A stretch of 64,000 nucleotides of DNA from an uncultured Desulfospira sp. GTDB taxonomy: Bacteria; Desulfobacterota; Desulfobacteria; Desulfobacterales; Desulfobacteraceae. Below are positions 60,835 to 64,000 of this stretch, in pieces (positions within the stretch are counted from its first letter, which is position 1; each line of letters begins with the position of its first letter). Location of the stretch: positions 4,384,001 through 4,448,000 of the forward strand of contig OY760175.1 in NCBI GenBank assembly GCA_963663165.1, in the 5' to 3' direction. A program made the position numbers and the translations under genes. The notes beneath the pieces are model-generated. The model was not told the DNA's origin. It ran no database searches and was given only the letters and a program-made list of their open reading frames with translations.

Positions 60835-61064
60835 AAAGATTCCCTTTCTGATTGTTCCTGTGACGCACGCTCCGTCATAAAATCATCGGACACCCCATCG
60901 TCAGAAAGAAAAAAACTGTCCCATGTATTTTCTACGGGCGAAAGTACGCGGTCTTTGCCGACAATACGGACAACAACTTTTTTCACGTTTTCAGGGAACC
61001 TGCTGTCAACCGGCAATCTTACCGCTTGGGTTCTATTATTTACAAAAACGGTTCCTACAGCCAT
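60831..61064 (-). CDS. vapB: VapB (AbrB-type) antitoxin
   Basis: VFVNNRTQAVRLP...WDSFF; overlaps the vapC start; start refined to ATG 61064. Confidence 0.88.
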   Translation of the reverse strand: MAVGTVFVNNRTQAVRLPVDSRFPENVKKVVVRIVGKDRVLSPVENTWDSFFLSDDGVSDDFMTERASQEQSERESF

Positions 61065-61609
61065 AACCCAATCTCCTTTAATAAATTCGCTATATATCTG
61101 AAGTATAAAACAGAAAGGTGTATTTAGCAATGGTATATAGCATCAATCTTTATCTCCAAGCCTTTAAAATAGTCGTCTCCATTACGGCATCTACGGGAGC
61201 ATTACAGGGAAAGTCTATGGCAATTGTCTATTGAAAAACAAAACCGATCGAATAAGTAGTCCTCGCTTCAAAAGTCTCTATCATGGCTGCCGAATTTTTC
61301 ATATCAACTCACCTAACAGTGCAAATAATTTAAAACGTATGCTGTTCTGATGTCGGCTTAGCGTGTACAATAAAATTAGAATAACACTTTTAATAATAGG
61401 TGCAATTCGGGGGTGCCATATATAAATGCAGGCGGGTCAGTAGGATGGCCCGGAGTTTTATAAGAAACTGGAGACAAGAAACAAGAGACAAGAGGGCGAA
61501 GCACCTGCGGTGCCCAATTTATAGTCTACCGTTGTTGGTATCTTCAGTTTCATTATTCGTTGTGGGCTTGTGGCCCATGGCAGTTATAAGAAATATGGGA
61601 GACTGATTA

Positions 61610-62653
61610 ATGGCCGGGGACACACCGCAAGAAAACACACCATCCAAAGGACAGTTTTTGGTCTATCAGGACGAAGATGGCCGGCTTAAGTTAGATGTCC
61701 GGATTGAGGATGAATCTGTATGGTTAACCCAGCAGTTGATGGCAGATCTGTTTCAAAGTTCAAAGCAGAATATAAGCCATCATATTAATTCAATTTATGA
61801 AGAAAGTGAGTTGGCGCCGGAGGCAACTGTCAAAAAATATTTGACAGTTCGCAGGGAAGGGAACCGAGACGTAAAACGCCTGCTGGATTACTATAATCTG
61901 GATATGATCATATCCGTTGGTTACCGGGTAAAAAGCCGTGTGGCCACCCGTTTTCGTATCTGGGCAACGGAACGGCTCAAGGAATATATTATCAAAGGGT
62001 TTACTCTGGACGATGACCGTTTGAAAAATCCAGACCTTCCCTTTGATTACTTTGAGGAACTGGAACGGCGGATTCAGGATATACGGACGTCCGAGCGTCG
62101 GTTCTATCAGAAAATTACCGATATTTATGCCACAAGCATAGATTATGATCCCACCATGGATATCAGTATTTCATTTTTTAAGACAGTCCAAAACAAGATG
62201 CACTGGGCCATAACCGGCCAAACAGCCGCTGAGATTATTCATTCCCGGGTTGATGCTGATAAACCCAATATGGGGCTGACCAATTACCGGGGGACAAAGG
62301 TCCGCAAGCAGGACGTTGTCATTGCAAAAAATTACCTCAATGAAGACGAATTAGCGGCCTTAAATAATTTGGTTGAACAATACCTTATTTTTGCACAAGG
62401 CCAGGCCATGCGCCGTATTCCCATGTATATGGAAGACTGGATTAAAAAGCTGGATGGTTTTCTTTCGATCAATGATCGGGACATTTTGAACCATGCGGGA
62501 AAAATTTCCCATGAATCGGCAAAGCAGACGGCTGAAAATGAGTATGAAAAATTTCATACCCGGCGTTTGATCTCTTCAAAAAATGAACTGAGCGACTTCG
62601 ATAAGGCGGTAAAACAAATAGAAACCTCAAAGAAAATAAAAGGCAAAAAATAA
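61610..62653 (+). CDS. RhuM-family protein
   Basis: WLTQQLMADLF, YNLDMIISVGYRV, FRIWAT and IRTSERRFYQKI. Confidence 0.88.
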   Translation: MAGDTPQENTPSKGQFLVYQDEDGRLKLDVRIEDESVWLTQQLMADLFQSSKQNISHHINSIYEESELAPEATVKKYLTVRREGNRDVKRLLDYYNLDMIISVGYRVKSRVATRFRIWATERLKEYIIKGFTLDDDRLKNPDLPFDYFEELERRIQDIRTSERRFYQKITDIYATSIDYDPTMDISISFFKTVQNKMHWAITGQTAAEIIHSRVDADKPNMGLTNYRGTKVRKQDVVIAKNYLNEDELAALNNLVEQYLIFAQGQAMRRIPMYMEDWIKKLDGFLSINDRDILNHAGKISHESAKQTAENEYEKFHTRRLISSKNELSDFDKAVKQIETSKKIKGKK

Positions 62654-62894
62654 TATCGGCGACATCATTTTTGATATTGGAACGAGCCTGAATTACAGGA
62701 TAGTCTGGTGGGTTCGTTCACCTGAAAAGCGGACAATGTTACGTAGGTAGTCTTCACCTCAAAAGCTTAATTTGATCTTCCGAATTTCCGATCCGAGCAC
62801 CCAATGACATAAGAAGTCAACGCCTTTACTGGCAAAGGTTGCACACAACATAAATACCATAAGTAATCGCTTGAAATTTTTTCACAACTTTTTT

Positions 62895-62912
62895 ATTGAA
62901 TAAATATTCAAT
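62895..62912. promoter_or_regulatory. Putative TetR operator
   Basis: ATTGAATA-AA-TATTCAAT perfect inverted repeat 46 bp upstream of the TetR gene. Confidence 0.55.
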
Positions 62913-62958
62913 CAATGGTAATTCACTTACTCCATTAAGATGAAGCAGGAGAAATAAT

Positions 62959-63591
62959 ATGCCAAGAAATGCTGAAACAAACCAAAAAATTAAACAAGAA
63001 CGCAGGGAACGTATATTAAACGGCGCTTTAGAGCTTTTTGTACGAAACGGACTATCTGGAACAAAAATCAGCGATGTGGCTCGGAAAACAAAGATGTCTA
63101 ATGGTTTGGTCTATCATTATTTCTCATCAAAGGAAGAAATATTCATAGCCTTGGTTGAGACTGCTTTCAATCGAATGATTCAAGCCTGTGAATTCCTTGA
63201 ATCTATGGATCTTGAGGCTCACGAAAAGATTAAATATGCGATAGATGAACTGGTTAAGGGTATCCGATCAAATCCAAGTGCATGTCTTTATCATATTTTA
63301 GTTTTTCAGGCGGCATCTTGCGATAATATTCCAGACCAGGCCAAAAAAATCATTCAAAAAAATCATGACAAACCCTATGAAGTTATCTCCAGAATCATTT
63401 CCAATGGTCAGAAACTTGGGACGATAAAGAAAGGATCTGCAGAAGATCTATCTTTCTTTTTCTGGAATACTGTCAATGGACTGGCTATTCATCAAGCCAT
63501 GCATGGCAAGTCTGCAAAAAGTCCACAACTTGAACCAATATACCATATTTTTTTCGATATAAAAGGAGAGCAAATCAAATGTCAGGCATGA
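62959..63591 (+). CDS. TetR-family regulator
   Basis: RERILNGALELF...GLVYHYFSSKEEI. Confidence 0.92.
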   Translation: MPRNAETNQKIKQERRERILNGALELFVRNGLSGTKISDVARKTKMSNGLVYHYFSSKEEIFIALVETAFNRMIQACEFLESMDLEAHEKIKYAIDELVKGIRSNPSACLYHILVFQAASCDNIPDQAKKIIQKNHDKPYEVISRIISNGQKLGTIKKGSAEDLSFFFWNTVNGLAIHQAMHGKSAKSPQLEPIYHIFFDIKGEQIKCQA

Positions 63592-64000
63592 GTGGCGTAA
63601 AAGTGGCTGAGACTGTATTAGGGCCAATTGAATATTTTCAAAGGGATACGGGGATTGACTCAAATAAAGTCATATTAACAATTCATGGAGCTATGGGTGG
63701 ATATGACCAATCCGATATTTTGGGAAGGACAATAGGACCCGAAGGTTATAGGTATTTATCAATATCCAGACCAGGATATCTAAGAACCCCATTAAAGGGA
63801 AGAGAGGCTCCTGAGAAACAGGCCGACTTGATAGCTGCTTTTCTTGATTCTTTACATATCAGCAAAGTAATTGTGTTTGCTATTTCCGGAGGCGGGTATT
63901 CTGCATTACATTTTGCTTTAAGGCATTGTGGCCGCTGCAAAGCTCTTGTTTTGTGTTCAACAACAGGTGGAAAAAATAACACACCAATACCGTTTGGTTT
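63579..64000 (+). CDS. Alpha/beta hydrolase, runs off the window
   Basis: Manual translation from ATG 63579 after AAGGAG gives IHGAMGGYDQ, SRPGY and AISGGG. Confidence 0.75.
   Translation, partial: MSGMSGVKVAETVLGPIEYFQRDTGIDSNKVILTIHGAMGGYDQSDILGRTIGPEGYRYLSISRPGYLRTPLKGREAPEKQADLIAAFLDSLHISKVIVFAISGGGYSALHFALRHCGRCKALVLCSTTGGKNNTPIPFG

Noticed and set aside
61300..61380. Integron attI/attC site (minus-strand GTTAGGT before an ATG)
   Set aside because: No integron integrase and no paired RYYYAAC...GTTRRRY attC structure found; a 7-mer match is expected by chance
1..64000. tRNA or rRNA genes
   Set aside because: None recognised by eye; tRNAscan-SE and barrnap would be needed to exclude them

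Overview
Bacterial chromosomal window; gene content (MCP, sigma54 regulator, CheD/HDOD, tungsten-type AOR, lpxC-DUF4390-ntrY-ntrX-rsmD-coaD) suggests a Desulfobacteraceae-like deltaproteobacterium (inference). Left arm (1-19.4 kb): cation/H+ antiporter, MCP, acyl-CoA ligase, a pyrogallol-transhydroxylase-like molybdoenzyme pair with a divergent double-AsnC regulator and MFS, a two-component system, hipBA and comM/yifB. Centre (19462-42663): a ~23 kb accessory island between comM and lpxC, bounded by a 22-bp direct repeat. It holds headless RHS toxin-immunity modules with three different C-termini, a tandem pair of IS1380 elements each carrying a nested ISAzo13-family element (one also a 373-bp MITE), a DUF4338-carrying IS, a partial comM duplication, an XRE/RelBE-like module, an HUH Y1 (REP-associated type) transposase plus a deleted copy, and a TPP-decarboxylase/AOR cargo. 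Most module junctions and both island ends carry the short motif AATTC(C/G)GGGGACAC, which also forms the inverted ends of the HUH transposase unit. This suggests an HUH-transposase-driven cassette assembly system and is the main candidate novel system. Right arm (42.9-64 kb): housekeeping genes, a structured 3x ~91-bp repeat, epmA, a CheD lacking its catalytic Cys, a TonB receptor, vapBC, RhuM, TetR and a partial hydrolase. All family calls come from motif recognition by eye; no searches were run.
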